From: an uncultured Candidatus Saccharibacteria bacterium
GTDB taxonomy: Bacteria > Patescibacteriota > WWE3 > 2-01-FULL-39-13
Length of the DNA stretch: 64,000 bases
Assembly: GCA_965230915.1 (NCBI GenBank)
Contig: OZ246395.1
Location: 204,019-268,018 of the forward strand
Direction: 5' to 3'
Made by a program: the position numbers and the translations under genes. The notes under the pieces were generated by a model. That model was given only the letters and a program-made list of their open reading frames with translations, searched no databases and had not been told where the DNA came from. Shown here one piece after another: positions 50,002 through 58,986 of this stretch (positions within the stretch are counted from its first letter, which is position 1; every line of letters starts with the position of its first letter).

Positions 50002-52206
50002 TTATGCATAAACTCGGGCAAGTTTTTTCTTTCGATAAATTCTGCTCGCACCGATTAATGCTAATAAAACGGCTGAAGAAATTGGAGCGCCATAATTTAT
50101 CATGTCCTTAATGTTTTGTTCTACTGAAATAAATTGCGATCCTAACAAGTTTTTGGTCTTAATTTGTGAAAGACCTTCAACTTTTCCCATATTTTCTAAA
50201 AGTGCCAATGCAAGTACGGCGTTTTCCTGAATAGGTTGAGTAAATTGGTCTTCAAAAATTCTGCTTGATCCTGCGATTACCAATGTTCCGCCATTGTCAG
50301 TTTTTCTGTAGGCAACAAGTGGGTGTCTCATTAAGTTATCATTTGAATGCTGAGCTTGTGGGTCGATGTTAACAGTGCCATCCTCTTCTCCTCCGGAATT
50401 GGAAGTTGCATATAACCACTTCCAGTTCGGATCTAGCGTCAATGTTGATGCCCATGGCATAAGAATTTTTTGTGGTAAGAATTGAATTTCTGCGGATCCC
50501 GAATCATCTTTAGGTGTCACTACAAAGAATGGATACTTGGCACTCAATGTTTGGCTAACAGGAATTTCTAAACTATTTTGTAAATCATAGGCCATGTCGT
50601 TATCGACTTTCGCTCCATATTGACTCAGAACTTGCCCCGTATTTGCAATATCGCTAACAAGTCCGGTTGTTTCGTCTATTTGTTTTGTGTCGGCTAGATA
50701 TAAAACATTTCCGCCGGCATTTATATAATCTGCTATATATTTCATCGATTCATCGTTATATGAATTTTTAGGACCGGCAATAATAATTAAGTTGTAATCG
50801 CTAAGTTTTGGATCGACTAAGGGAGTTTTTTCTTCTGTATTTGACGGTCTTAATGCCACAGATTTTATATCGTATTCAGCTTGTAAAACCTGTTGTAGTA
50901 GGCCATACTCTTGAAATATTCCTTTTTCGCCATTGCCGGTTATAAAAGCAACTTTTGGCTTTTCGGTTTGCTTGATTTTATTGATAATAGAAGTGATTTG
51001 ATATTCCATATCATCGACACTATTTATGTAGTCGATTTTTTCTTTCTTTGATTCATCTTCATTCATAACCGCCAGTGCTAAATATCCTTGTTGAATTTGA
51101 AGTTGGTCTTCTCCGACAGTGTTAAATTGGACAGGTTGAATTTCTAAAGAGCTTAGTCTTTCGCCATTTGTATTTGGGTCTAAATATCTAACTTCTAAAT
51201 TATTGCCGGCAGAAGCTTTGTAGTCTGCCAAAATATTTTTGATTTCTTCAAAAGCGGCTTTATACATCGGAGGCAGATTATTTGTTGCGTAAACTTCGAT
51301 GATAATCTTTCCATCTTTATGTAAAACCTGTTCGGTAATATTTGAAAGTGTATATCGTTTGCTTGATGTTAAATCAATTCTTCCGAGCTGCTGACCAAAA
51401 TAGTTTGATAGATAGGCGAGGGCTACTCCGACAAATGCTATAGAAATTATTATTGTTAAGGTCTTTCTATATAGTTCGGTTGTATTAGAAATACGTATTT
51501 TTTCTAGGTTTGTATATGCGATTGCTACCGCGGTAACAATAAAAATCACAAAGTATATAAGGTTATTAAGACTTATAACCCCACGAACTAATGGGTTAAA
51601 GTTGTCGATAATACTAAATTGGGCAAGGGCATTAACAAGACCTGTCGGCAAATTAATAGCAGTAATATCGGTATTTATTATTAAAAGTATTAGAGTTAAA
51701 ACCGCTGAGGTTATAAAAGCTGCTATCTGGTTTTTATAAAAGCTCGATACTGCAACTCCTAAGCTGGATAAAGCTAGTGTTAATAAAAATGCTCCCAAAT
51801 ATTGTGAGAAAGTTTCTCCAATATCTATCGGGGCGATTCTACTTATAAGAATAGGTAAGGGGATCGTTAACAAAATTGCGATAAACACAATTTTGGTTGC
51901 ACCTAGGATTTTCCCTAATACTAGTTCTATTTGCTTTATTGGTTTAGTTTCTAGGTATTCAACGGTTTGTCTTTCAAATTCACTTGCAAATGATCCCATT
52001 GTTACAGCCGGTATTAAAACCGCTAAAAACCAAGGCATTATTTGGAACATACTTCTCATTGAAACAACTCCACTTATGAAAAATGTCTTTAAGAAGAAGA
52101 AATAAAGAAGTCCTAAAAATAACACTATTAATATATACCCACCTAAGTGGTCGAACTGCGCCTTTAGCTCTTTTATAGTAATTTCCTTTATGCTGTTAAT
52201 TCTCAT
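50002..52206 (-). CDS. ABC-2-type permease fused to a GldG-like large extracytoplasmic domain (GldF+GldG-like architecture), with a C-terminal TM anchor.
   Basis: N-terminal 6-TM ABC-2 permease region, then a ~450-aa hydrophilic domain, ending in the TM 'AVLLALIGASRIYRKKK'. Overlaps and is co-directional with the upstream ABC ATPase. Confidence 0.65.
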   Translation of the reverse strand: MRINSIKEITIKELKAQFDHLGGYILIVLFLGLLYFFFLKTFFISGVVSMRSMFQIMPWFLAVLIPAVTMGSFASEFERQTVEYLETKPIKQIELVLGKILGATKIVFIAILLTIPLPILISRIAPIDIGETFSQYLGAFLLTLALSSLGVAVSSFYKNQIAAFITSAVLTLILLIINTDITAINLPTGLVNALAQFSIIDNFNPLVRGVISLNNLIYFVIFIVTAVAIAYTNLEKIRISNTTELYRKTLTIIISIAFVGVALAYLSNYFGQQLGRIDLTSSKRYTLSNITEQVLHKDGKIIIEVYATNNLPPMYKAAFEEIKNILADYKASAGNNLEVRYLDPNTNGERLSSLEIQPVQFNTVGEDQLQIQQGYLALAVMNEDESKKEKIDYINSVDDMEYQITSIINKIKQTEKPKVAFITGNGEKGIFQEYGLLQQVLQAEYDIKSVALRPSNTEEKTPLVDPKLSDYNLIIIAGPKNSYNDESMKYIADYINAGGNVLYLADTKQIDETTGLVSDIANTGQVLSQYGAKVDNDMAYDLQNSLEIPVSQTLSAKYPFFVVTPKDDSGSAEIQFLPQKILMPWASTLTLDPNWKWLYATSNSGGEEDGTVNIDPQAQHSNDNLMRHPLVAYRKTDNGGTLVIAGSSRIFEDQFTQPIQENAVLALALLENMGKVEGLSQIKTKNLLGSQFISVEQNIKDMINYGAPISSAVLLALIGASRIYRKKKLARVYA

Positions 52207-52894
52207 GTGACTTTAATTCTTTAAATATTTTTTCGAGGTTCATTTTCTTTGGAGAACCCTGTGTAACTAATTGACCATTATTTATTACGATAACCTTGTT
52301 GCACATTGCGTCTACTTCTTGCATAACGTGAGTACTAATTAAAATAACTTTATCTTTAGACATTTCAATAATTAATTTTCTGATATCTTCACGCTGGTTG
52401 GGGTCTAAACCTTCAGTAGGTTCGTCTAAAATTAAAAGTTTAGGGTCGTGAATCATTGCTGCTGCAAGTCCGACTCTTTGTTTATAACCTTTGGATAACT
52501 CGGCAATAGGTGATAGCAAACGATTGGTGATACCGACTTCTTTTGCTATTTTTTTAATTCTCTCTTCTATATTTTTGTTATCAACACCTTGCAATTTTGC
52601 TGACATTGTTAAGAAATCTACAACAAGCATATCTAAATATAATGGATTATTTTCGGGTAAATATCCGATTAAAGATTGTGTCTCTAAAGTGTCGAGTTGA
52701 GTATCTTTATCTTCTATTGTAATTTCGCCTTCAGATGGAAAATAATAAGAGGTGATCATACGCATGGTTGTAGTTTTACCGGCTCCATTTGGTCCAAGTA
52801 AACCCGCGATGTCTCCTTTTTCTAATTCGAAAGAAAGATCCTTAACGGCTTCGACTCCGCCAAAATTTTTTGATACATTTTTGACCTTCAACAT
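52196..52894 (-). CDS. ABC transporter ATP-binding protein (GldA/ABC-2 exporter type).
   Basis: Walker A 'GLLGPNGAGKTTTMRMI', signature 'LSKGYKQRVGLAAAM', Walker B 'LLILDEPTEGLD', H-loop 'ILISTHVM'. Confidence 0.9.
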   Translation of the reverse strand: MLKVKNVSKNFGGVEAVKDLSFELEKGDIAGLLGPNGAGKTTTMRMITSYYFPSEGEITIEDKDTQLDTLETQSLIGYLPENNPLYLDMLVVDFLTMSAKLQGVDNKNIEERIKKIAKEVGITNRLLSPIAELSKGYKQRVGLAAAMIHDPKLLILDEPTEGLDPNQREDIRKLIIEMSKDKVILISTHVMQEVDAMCNKVIVINNGQLVTQGSPKKMNLEKIFKELKSHEN

Positions 52895-52928
52895 AATATA
52901 GTGGATTTATATCTTGCATTATAGACCA

Positions 52929-53273
52929 ATGTCAAGAAAATCGCTTGAGCTTGGAGTTTTCTTATTATGGGGTATAATATGGTATATGACTGTAAATTGG
53001 GGGGTCACTGAACAAGTTAATAATGAGACGCAAAATCCAGAAAATGGCTTGAATACTGAAGTTTCTCAGACTTCGGTAAGCGGATATGTGCCAGCCCCAA
53101 GACCTGTTATTGCAACTGTGCCTGATGAAAGAACCGTACCAAGCACAACAGAAATAGTGCAAGATATAACACCTAAAACTCCTATTGTAAGGACATCCGA
53201 AAACGTACACAGAGCTGCCTTATGGGCGGTTACACAATCTAATGCTCAAGCACAGAAACCCGAAGGTTTTTAA
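52929..53273 (+). CDS. Small membrane-anchored protein (about 114 aa from ATG 52929; the track's start at 52914 is a TTG).
   Basis: N-terminal TM 'LELGVFLLWGIIWYMTV' followed by a Pro/Thr-rich extracellular tail. Confidence 0.4.
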   Translation: MSRKSLELGVFLLWGIIWYMTVNWGVTEQVNNETQNPENGLNTEVSQTSVSGYVPAPRPVIATVPDERTVPSTTEIVQDITPKTPIVRTSENVHRAALWAVTQSNAQAQKPEGF

Positions 53274-53301
53274 AAAGCCGCTATGCTAAAATTTCTTTAG
53301 C

Positions 53302-55716
53302 ATGCCCGAACAAGTTGTAAATCCCGAAACCTTTTTTACTCAATCACTTCATCTTTTTCAAACTGTTTTAATATTTTCAGTCATCCTATTAGTCTTAATG
53401 GTTGTTATATATTATGGATTTAAAGCATATATTTGGCATGTTCGTTTTAAGAATCGAAAAAAATCTTTAGACGAAAAAGTTTTTCTAAAGATACAGATTC
53501 CCGAAGAAAATGAAATTGAGCCATCTATGTCGGAGCAGATGTATAGCAGCATGTACGGCATTCGCAAAAGCGGTTTTATGGAATCACTAAAGGAACACGA
53601 CCATATTTCATTTGAAATTGTCGCTAATAATGAATCAATCGATTTTTATGCGGTTTGTCCGAAAAATCTTGAGAATTTGGTTGAGAAACAAATTAATGCG
53701 GCTTATCCAGATGCAGAAATTACGAAAGTCGATCCATGGAGTTTATGGACTAACGATGGAACGGTTGAATTTTCAAGTTTGGTTTTGCGAAAACCAGATT
53801 ATTTTCCAATAAATACTTACGAAGAAATGAAGGTGGATTCGATCGCAGTTATAACTGCTGCAATGGGCAAGTTGCACGAAGGGGAAGGTCTGGCAATTCA
53901 AATGGTAATTAGGCCTGCCGAAGATATATGGCAAAAGAATGGAAAAGCCCATATTAAAAAATATTTTTCAGATAAAAATGGAAAAGATGGATCGAAAATG
54001 TCGAAAATAGACGAAGATTATATTCAAACGATTCAAAGCAAAATTTCCAAAATTGGATTTGAAACAGTTATTCGTTTGGTATCAGTTTCTAATGACGAAG
54101 CTTCGGCTAAGGCTAATTTAAGCAACTTAGAGCGAGCTTTTGGCCAATTTAACAGCCCCGTTTTTAATTCTCTTAAAAAAGCTCCTCAGCGATACGAAAA
54201 GTATTTTGTAATTTCATTTATCGCGAGAATGTTCCCGGTTGTTGAAAAGTTTGAGCTTCCATTTGAAATTCCATTTTTATTGAAAAAAGAATGGTTTAGA
54301 GGTTGGAGTATTTATAACACCGAAGAGCTTGCGACACTTTGGCATCTTCCAAATAAAAATGTAAAAACACCTCGAATTAATTGGTTGCGATCAAAAGGTT
54401 CAGCCGCGCCAATTGAATTGCCTGATTCGGGACTTTACCTTGGTAAATCAATATTTAGAGGAACCGAAGTGCCAATTTTTATGCAAGACGAAGATCGCCG
54501 TCGCCATATGTATATTTTAGGAACTACAGGTACAGGAAAATCGGAATTTATGAAATTTATGGCGATTCAGGATATTAAAGAAGGCAAGGGAGTTGCTTTT
54601 ATTGATCCACATGGATCAGCAGTTAATGATATTGTGCAGCAAATTCCACCAGAAAGAATTGATGATGTGATTTATTTTGACCCAAGCACCGAAAGACCGA
54701 TGGGGCTAAATATATTGGATGTAAAAACAGAAAAAGAAAAAGACATGGTTATCAATAAGTTTATTGAGATGTTGTACGAATTGTACGACCCAAATAAACA
54801 GGGTATTATGGGGCCTCAGCTCGAGCGTGCACTTCGTATGTGTATGTTGACCATTATGAGTAAACCCGGAGGTTCGTTAATCGAAGTCGTTCGTTTATTG
54901 GTCGACGAAAACTTTCACAAAGAGTACATGCCTTATATTAAAGACGATACAGTTCGTTTATATTGGACTGCTGAAGTTGCAAACACCACAAAAAATCGTA
55001 AAGGCGAAACCATGGGCTATTTTGTTTCAAAGCTCGACCGTTTTACAACCGAAAAAACCATGCGTTATATGTTGGGCCAGTCATATTCGTCCTTTGACTT
55101 TAACGATGTAATGAATAATCGCAAAATTTTATTAGCTGATTTATCAAAAGGTAAATTGGGTGCAGAAAATTCTAAATTTTTGGGATTAATGTTAGTTCCT
55201 CGTTTACTAGCCGCTGCATTTTCACGAATCGAAAAAATGGAGCGCGGAGAACATATAGAAGATTTTTACTTATATATTGATGAGTTCCAGAACTACACCA
55301 CTCCGGACATCGAAACAATTTTGTCTGAAGCGCGTAAATATCGCTTAAATTTAATTGTCGCAAATCAATTTATTGGACAACTGCCAGAAAAAATTAAAGA
55401 CGCCATATTTGGAAATGTCGGAAGCATGACTGTATTTCGCGTAGGTACAGATGATGCGCAATATTTAGAAAAGTATTTTGCTCCAACTTTTGGGCAAACA
55501 GATTTAATGAACAATAGAGTAGGGCGGGCTTACATGAAGTTGCTTGTTAACAACCAGCCATCGCCAGCTTTTGCGATGACCACCGATTGGGACATGATTT
55601 CCAGTATGCCGCGTGATTTTGCTTTAGGCCAGCAAATTAAAGAGCTAAGCCAGCAAAAATATGGAAGAAACCGCTTTATCGTCGAACAAGAGATAAAAGC
55701 TAGAGGTGGGATGTAG
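53302..55716 (+). CDS. Type-IV coupling protein-like P-loop ATPase (TraD/TraG/VirD4 family with a TraG-D_C-like C-terminus) and an N-terminal TM anchor.
   Basis: TM 'VLIFSVILLVLMVVIYYGF'. Walker A context 'RRHMYILGTTGTGKSEFMKFMAIQDIKEGKGVAFIDPHGSA' (T4CP-like 'GxTGSGKS...DPKGE'). Walker B 'LYIDEFQNY' followed by 'ARKYRLNLIVANQFIGQL...IFGNVGSMTVFRVGTDDAQYLEKYF' (TraG-D_C-like). Confidence 0.65.
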   Translation: MPEQVVNPETFFTQSLHLFQTVLIFSVILLVLMVVIYYGFKAYIWHVRFKNRKKSLDEKVFLKIQIPEENEIEPSMSEQMYSSMYGIRKSGFMESLKEHDHISFEIVANNESIDFYAVCPKNLENLVEKQINAAYPDAEITKVDPWSLWTNDGTVEFSSLVLRKPDYFPINTYEEMKVDSIAVITAAMGKLHEGEGLAIQMVIRPAEDIWQKNGKAHIKKYFSDKNGKDGSKMSKIDEDYIQTIQSKISKIGFETVIRLVSVSNDEASAKANLSNLERAFGQFNSPVFNSLKKAPQRYEKYFVISFIARMFPVVEKFELPFEIPFLLKKEWFRGWSIYNTEELATLWHLPNKNVKTPRINWLRSKGSAAPIELPDSGLYLGKSIFRGTEVPIFMQDEDRRRHMYILGTTGTGKSEFMKFMAIQDIKEGKGVAFIDPHGSAVNDIVQQIPPERIDDVIYFDPSTERPMGLNILDVKTEKEKDMVINKFIEMLYELYDPNKQGIMGPQLERALRMCMLTIMSKPGGSLIEVVRLLVDENFHKEYMPYIKDDTVRLYWTAEVANTTKNRKGETMGYFVSKLDRFTTEKTMRYMLGQSYSSFDFNDVMNNRKILLADLSKGKLGAENSKFLGLMLVPRLLAAAFSRIEKMERGEHIEDFYLYIDEFQNYTTPDIETILSEARKYRLNLIVANQFIGQLPEKIKDAIFGNVGSMTVFRVGTDDAQYLEKYFAPTFGQTDLMNNRVGRAYMKLLVNNQPSPAFAMTTDWDMISSMPRDFALGQQIKELSQQKYGRNRFIVEQEIKARGGM

Positions 55717-56071
55717 ACCAACTAGCAAACCCCATAGCCTTGACTTTTCACAGCACTTGATCTATTCTTATCCCCGGAATTTGGTTATTGGCCAATAGCC
55801 AAAACTTGTTTCACACCGGGCATTGCCCATTACCGTCTCGCCGGGGTGTGAGGAAAAAAGTCTCTCAACGACGAGAGAACAGAACAAATGGCCAAAAAAA
55901 GAACCAAAAGCAAAGCGAGAATAGCTTTTTGGTTCGTCTACAAATTATCAGGGAGGGATTGAGCAGAAATCTCAAAATTTTGTTCTCATTGCGAGAACTT
56001 AATGTATAAAAGATTTTAGCTCTTCCTCCCTGTTTCACTTTTATTAACCTCTTATTGCCTACCCTATAGTA

Positions 56072-56100
56072 TTGACAAAGTCTCTCTAAAATGTTACTAT
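56072..56100 (+). promoter_or_regulatory. Consensus-like sigma70 promoter TTGACA-17-TACTAT upstream of the small-secreted-protein gene cluster.
   Basis: -35 TTGACA at 56072-56077, 17-nt spacer, -10 TACTAT at 56095-56100; about 185 nt upstream of ATG 56284. Confidence 0.5.
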
Positions 56101-56283
56101 GACGCCATTATTGAGGTATTGCTCATGCAGCAGTTTTCTCAATTAATGCACATTTTTATAGGTGATTCTTTTGAATTACCATCTGGTTAAATTGTTCCGA
56201 CTATTTTGTTTCTCTTTATTTAAGGGGGTCAAGATTGTTGGAACAATTACACTTTATACACATTCAATGAAGGAGAGATCGAA

Positions 56284-56856
56284 ATGTTTGCAAAGTTGAA
56301 GGCAAAATCAGATTGGTTATTAGACCGAGTTCATGGTTTTTACTTTCCCTATGGAAGCGATTTCACTGATTGGCCGCGTTTGATTTTATCGGCTCTGGCC
56401 GTCTTGTTTGTCGCAGGCGTGCTTCTTCTGTGGGCAGTTTACAATATTGCCCTTATAAATCACGAAAACGCGGTTTACCCTGACCTCAGCGATGTTGTTG
56501 GATTTAAGCTCGAGGTATTTCGCACTGATGGAAGCAGCGCGGTAGTTACCGGGCCACACTCGACAACAGTCATTGTGCCGTGGAATTACACTGGCAGCAT
56601 TGAGGCTTTGCTTGAAAATGGCGCAGAATTCGTTGGTAGTTCGCCATCGGGGCAGCTTTATAAGTTTGGGCCAGAGGTTACACCAAAGGTTCAGATAGGG
56701 GATCATGTCACATTCATTTTCCCGGTGCCCGCTGATGCGGATGCAATTCAGTTGATCGTAGATCCGGAAACAGGCAGTTGGGACGGCAGCCCGTCGTCTT
56801 ACTATTTCTGCAAGCTATCCGAATTTTGCTTATATCCTCCGGGATTTGGCAAGTAA
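56284..56856 (+). CDS. Small membrane-anchored/secreted protein, paralog family member 1 (190 aa), with the C-terminal motif YYFC-x6-C.
   Basis: SD GAAGGAGAG upstream. TM 'LILSALAVLFVAGVLLLWAVYNIAL'. C-terminus '...SYYFCKLSEFCLYPPGFGK'. GC about 48%. Confidence 0.5.
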   Translation: MFAKLKAKSDWLLDRVHGFYFPYGSDFTDWPRLILSALAVLFVAGVLLLWAVYNIALINHENAVYPDLSDVVGFKLEVFRTDGSSAVVTGPHSTTVIVPWNYTGSIEALLENGAEFVGSSPSGQLYKFGPEVTPKVQIGDHVTFIFPVPADADAIQLIVDPETGSWDGSPSSYYFCKLSEFCLYPPGFGK

Positions 56857-56906
56857 TTGAAGTAACAACGCTTTCTTTTAAACTCCCACACGAAAGGTTT
56901 CGAACA

Positions 56907-57440
56907 ATGAAGAAGCTACTTATTCCGGGTTTGCTGGTTTTGATTTTTGCTCTCCTGTGGAGCGGGTTTGACCAAAACAGTATCACTGCCTCCTGGTTCC
57001 AGCGCGGCGAACCCGTGCCCGAGCAGGAGAGCTTGGAATCGCGCATTGCGATGGCCGAATCGCGCCTCGAGTACCTTGAGCAACAGGAAGCTCTTCGTAT
57101 CGAAAACGATCAGTTTATGTTCGTTTCAGATGCCGATGAGTTTTTGGCGCGCACCGGTCTTCTCTTCGAACAAGAGCCAGTCGCTGTAGACATGATGCGA
57201 ATCATTGATAGCAGCGGCAAAGAATCGGGAAGCGGTGCGACCTACAAGTTCTCAGAGTCGCCGGTATTGGTCGATGACAGTGGAAACAGATTTCCGCTCG
57301 ATATTCACAAGGGTGAAACGGCCCATTTGTTGGCGTATACTGAAGGCAATGTGACTCAACTCGCATACTATGCGTGCTATACAAACAGCGCCATGTGTTA
57401 TGTCGAGACCAAAGTTCTGCCGATAGCGATGAGCTATTAG
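56907..57440 (+). CDS. Small secreted protein, paralog family member 2 (177 aa from ATG 56907; the track ORF starts upstream at 56778 and overlaps the previous gene).
   Basis: SD AAAGG 8 nt upstream. Signal/TM 'MKKLLIPGLLVLIFALLWSG'. C-terminal 'GNRFPLDIHKGE...GNVTQLAYYACYTNSAMCYVE' aligns with member 3. Confidence 0.5.
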   Translation: MKKLLIPGLLVLIFALLWSGFDQNSITASWFQRGEPVPEQESLESRIAMAESRLEYLEQQEALRIENDQFMFVSDADEFLARTGLLFEQEPVAVDMMRIIDSSGKESGSGATYKFSESPVLVDDSGNRFPLDIHKGETAHLLAYTEGNVTQLAYYACYTNSAMCYVETKVLPIAMSY

Positions 57441-57466
57441 CGATGAGATGAAGTAACCAGATTTAA

Positions 57467-57546
57467 AAGGCGGTGGCCGAGAAACATGATTTTTGCTGAT
57501 CTTTAGCAATCCTCATCGTTTCTCGGTCCACCGCCTTATTTTTTTA
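57467..57546 (+). terminator. Large intrinsic terminator (about 19-bp stem with an internal hairpin) followed by a T-run.
   Basis: AAGGCGGTGGCCGAGAAAC (57467-57485) pairs with GTTTCTCGGtCCACCGCCTT (57518-57537), followed by ATTTTTTTAC. Confidence 0.55.
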
Positions 57547-57668
57547 CCCAAATTCCCTTACAATCTAAATATCCTATAACATGCTAAAATAATGCCCATC
57601 AAACTATCATGTGTTCGTTTGATTAGTCTTTTGTGTTTTAGAAAACAATAACGAAGGGGAGAGGCTCA

Positions 57669-58160
57669 ATGCGCAGAAAGAAATTAATTTTCGCACTGGC
57701 AATTAGCATCGCAGTAAATGCTTGTCTGGGGTTCCAATATTTCAACCATATATCTAGGATAAGCGAACTTACTGCCGCAACTAATAGTCTTACCAAGAAG
57801 GTTCTGGAGGCGAGTCAGCCGCCAGAATATTATCTTTTAGACAGTAGTGGGCTGATCGACACTGTCATTCAGTTGAACGGCGTGGGTCTGGGTATGTTTG
57901 GTCCAAACCGAATTTATCTCATGGATGATCCACCTACTGCTACGTTTTTGTCAGATGGAGAAACTTTTCCCTTTGATATTTCAGATGGAAATTTCATCAA
58001 CATCGTCCCCGTTTTTGGGCCAGACGGAAATGTTTTGCATCCGGCCTATTATGTATGCGATCGGATGAATTTCGAGACATGTACCTTCAACCCAGACAAG
58101 CTGAGGTTTTTGAGGCCCATCGACGGGATGCCGACGGCAACAAGACAATCAGGTGCGTAG
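57669..58160 (+). CDS. Small secreted protein, paralog family member 3 (163 aa).
   Basis: Signal peptide 'MRRKKLIFALAISIAVNACLG'. 'GETFPFDISDGN...GNVLHPAYYVCDRMNFETCTF' shares 'FP.DI..G...GNV...AYY.C......C' with member 2. Confidence 0.55.
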   Translation: MRRKKLIFALAISIAVNACLGFQYFNHISRISELTAATNSLTKKVLEASQPPEYYLLDSSGLIDTVIQLNGVGLGMFGPNRIYLMDDPPTATFLSDGETFPFDISDGNFINIVPVFGPDGNVLHPAYYVCDRMNFETCTFNPDKLRFLRPIDGMPTATRQSGA

Positions 58161-58328
58161 TTTGAAAAGGGCAGCCTAACTGAATTTTGCAGATTTTTTG
58201 CAAACCAGTTGGGCTCCCTAGTATTTTTGCCATCGGCAAAAAACTGGGAGTAAAACGAGCAACTTTTTATACTTTCGGGATTTGTAAATAATTGTTATCA
58301 TTTCTTCCAGCACTTCTGCGCTTTTTAT

Positions 58329-58417
58329 GGAAGGGTCGCATAGTTGGTCTAGTGCGGCGGTCTTGAAAACCGCTATATCGCAAGATATCGTGGGTTCGAA
58401 TCCCACCCCTTCCGCCA
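58329..58417 (+). tRNA. tRNA-Ser (anticodon UGA) with a long variable arm, CCA encoded.
   Basis: Acceptor GGAAGGG/CCCTTCC, anticodon stem GCGGT/ACCGC with loop CTTGAAA, 17-nt variable arm TATATCGCAAGATATCG, T-arm GTGGGTTCGAATCCCAC, then G-CCA. Confidence 0.85.
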
Positions 58418-58446
58418 CGTTAAAATGGCGTTATTTCCTTAAATTT

Positions 58447-58710
58447 ATGGATATTTTAATTATCATGCTTGTCACAATGTTTTTTGGAGGATTATTGCTC
58501 GTTTTATGGGGGCTTTGCCTTATTGTAGGTTTTGGATGGGCCATGTTTATTATTGGCTTAATTTCATTGACAGGCGGAACTCCAGAAAGTTTTGCAGAAG
58601 CACAAAGAGATTATCCCGGAGCTAAAACCTTAAAAGGTAAGTTATTAGGGCTTCTTTTAGTAATTTTAGGAATAACTTCGATGATTTATAGCCTCAATAT
58701 TCAACAGTAA
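58447..58710 (+). CDS. Small integral membrane protein (87 aa), starting at the internal ATG of the track ORF that overlaps the tRNA.
   Basis: Two hydrophobic helices (ILIIMLVTMFFGGLLLVLWGLCLIVGFGWAMFIIGLISL). The track start at 58327 lies inside tRNA-Ser and is therefore implausible. Confidence 0.4.
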   Translation: MDILIIMLVTMFFGGLLLVLWGLCLIVGFGWAMFIIGLISLTGGTPESFAEAQRDYPGAKTLKGKLLGLLLVILGITSMIYSLNIQQ

Positions 58711-58986
58711 AAAAGTGAGCCAACTAAACTGGGGTTTGGAAAATATCCAAATCAGTATAGCTGGCTCTTGGTAGGTGGCCGCGCATTATTTCTTGCCGGG
58801 GCAAGAACATGTGCAGTGCCGCTGCGTGCCGTTGCAGTGGTGTCCACTTTCGCAACTTGCACAAATGAATCCGTCGTCATCATTAAATCGACATATCCAA
58901 AACAGAATTATCAGCAACATGTCCGATCTCCTTTCTGAAGATTCGAGCAAAGTATAGTCTTTGAAAATTAGGTGTCAATTGTCGAA

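Noticed and set aside
55788-56009. 73-aa ORF 'MANSQNLFHTGHCPLPSRRG...' in the 567-nt non-coding region.
   Set aside because: Arg/Lys-rich low-complexity translation of a hairpin-rich region. No RBS.
58218-58418. 66-aa minus-strand ORF 'MAEGVGFEPT...'.
   Set aside because: It is antisense to tRNA-Ser; 'GFEPT' is the classic translation of a tRNA T-arm.
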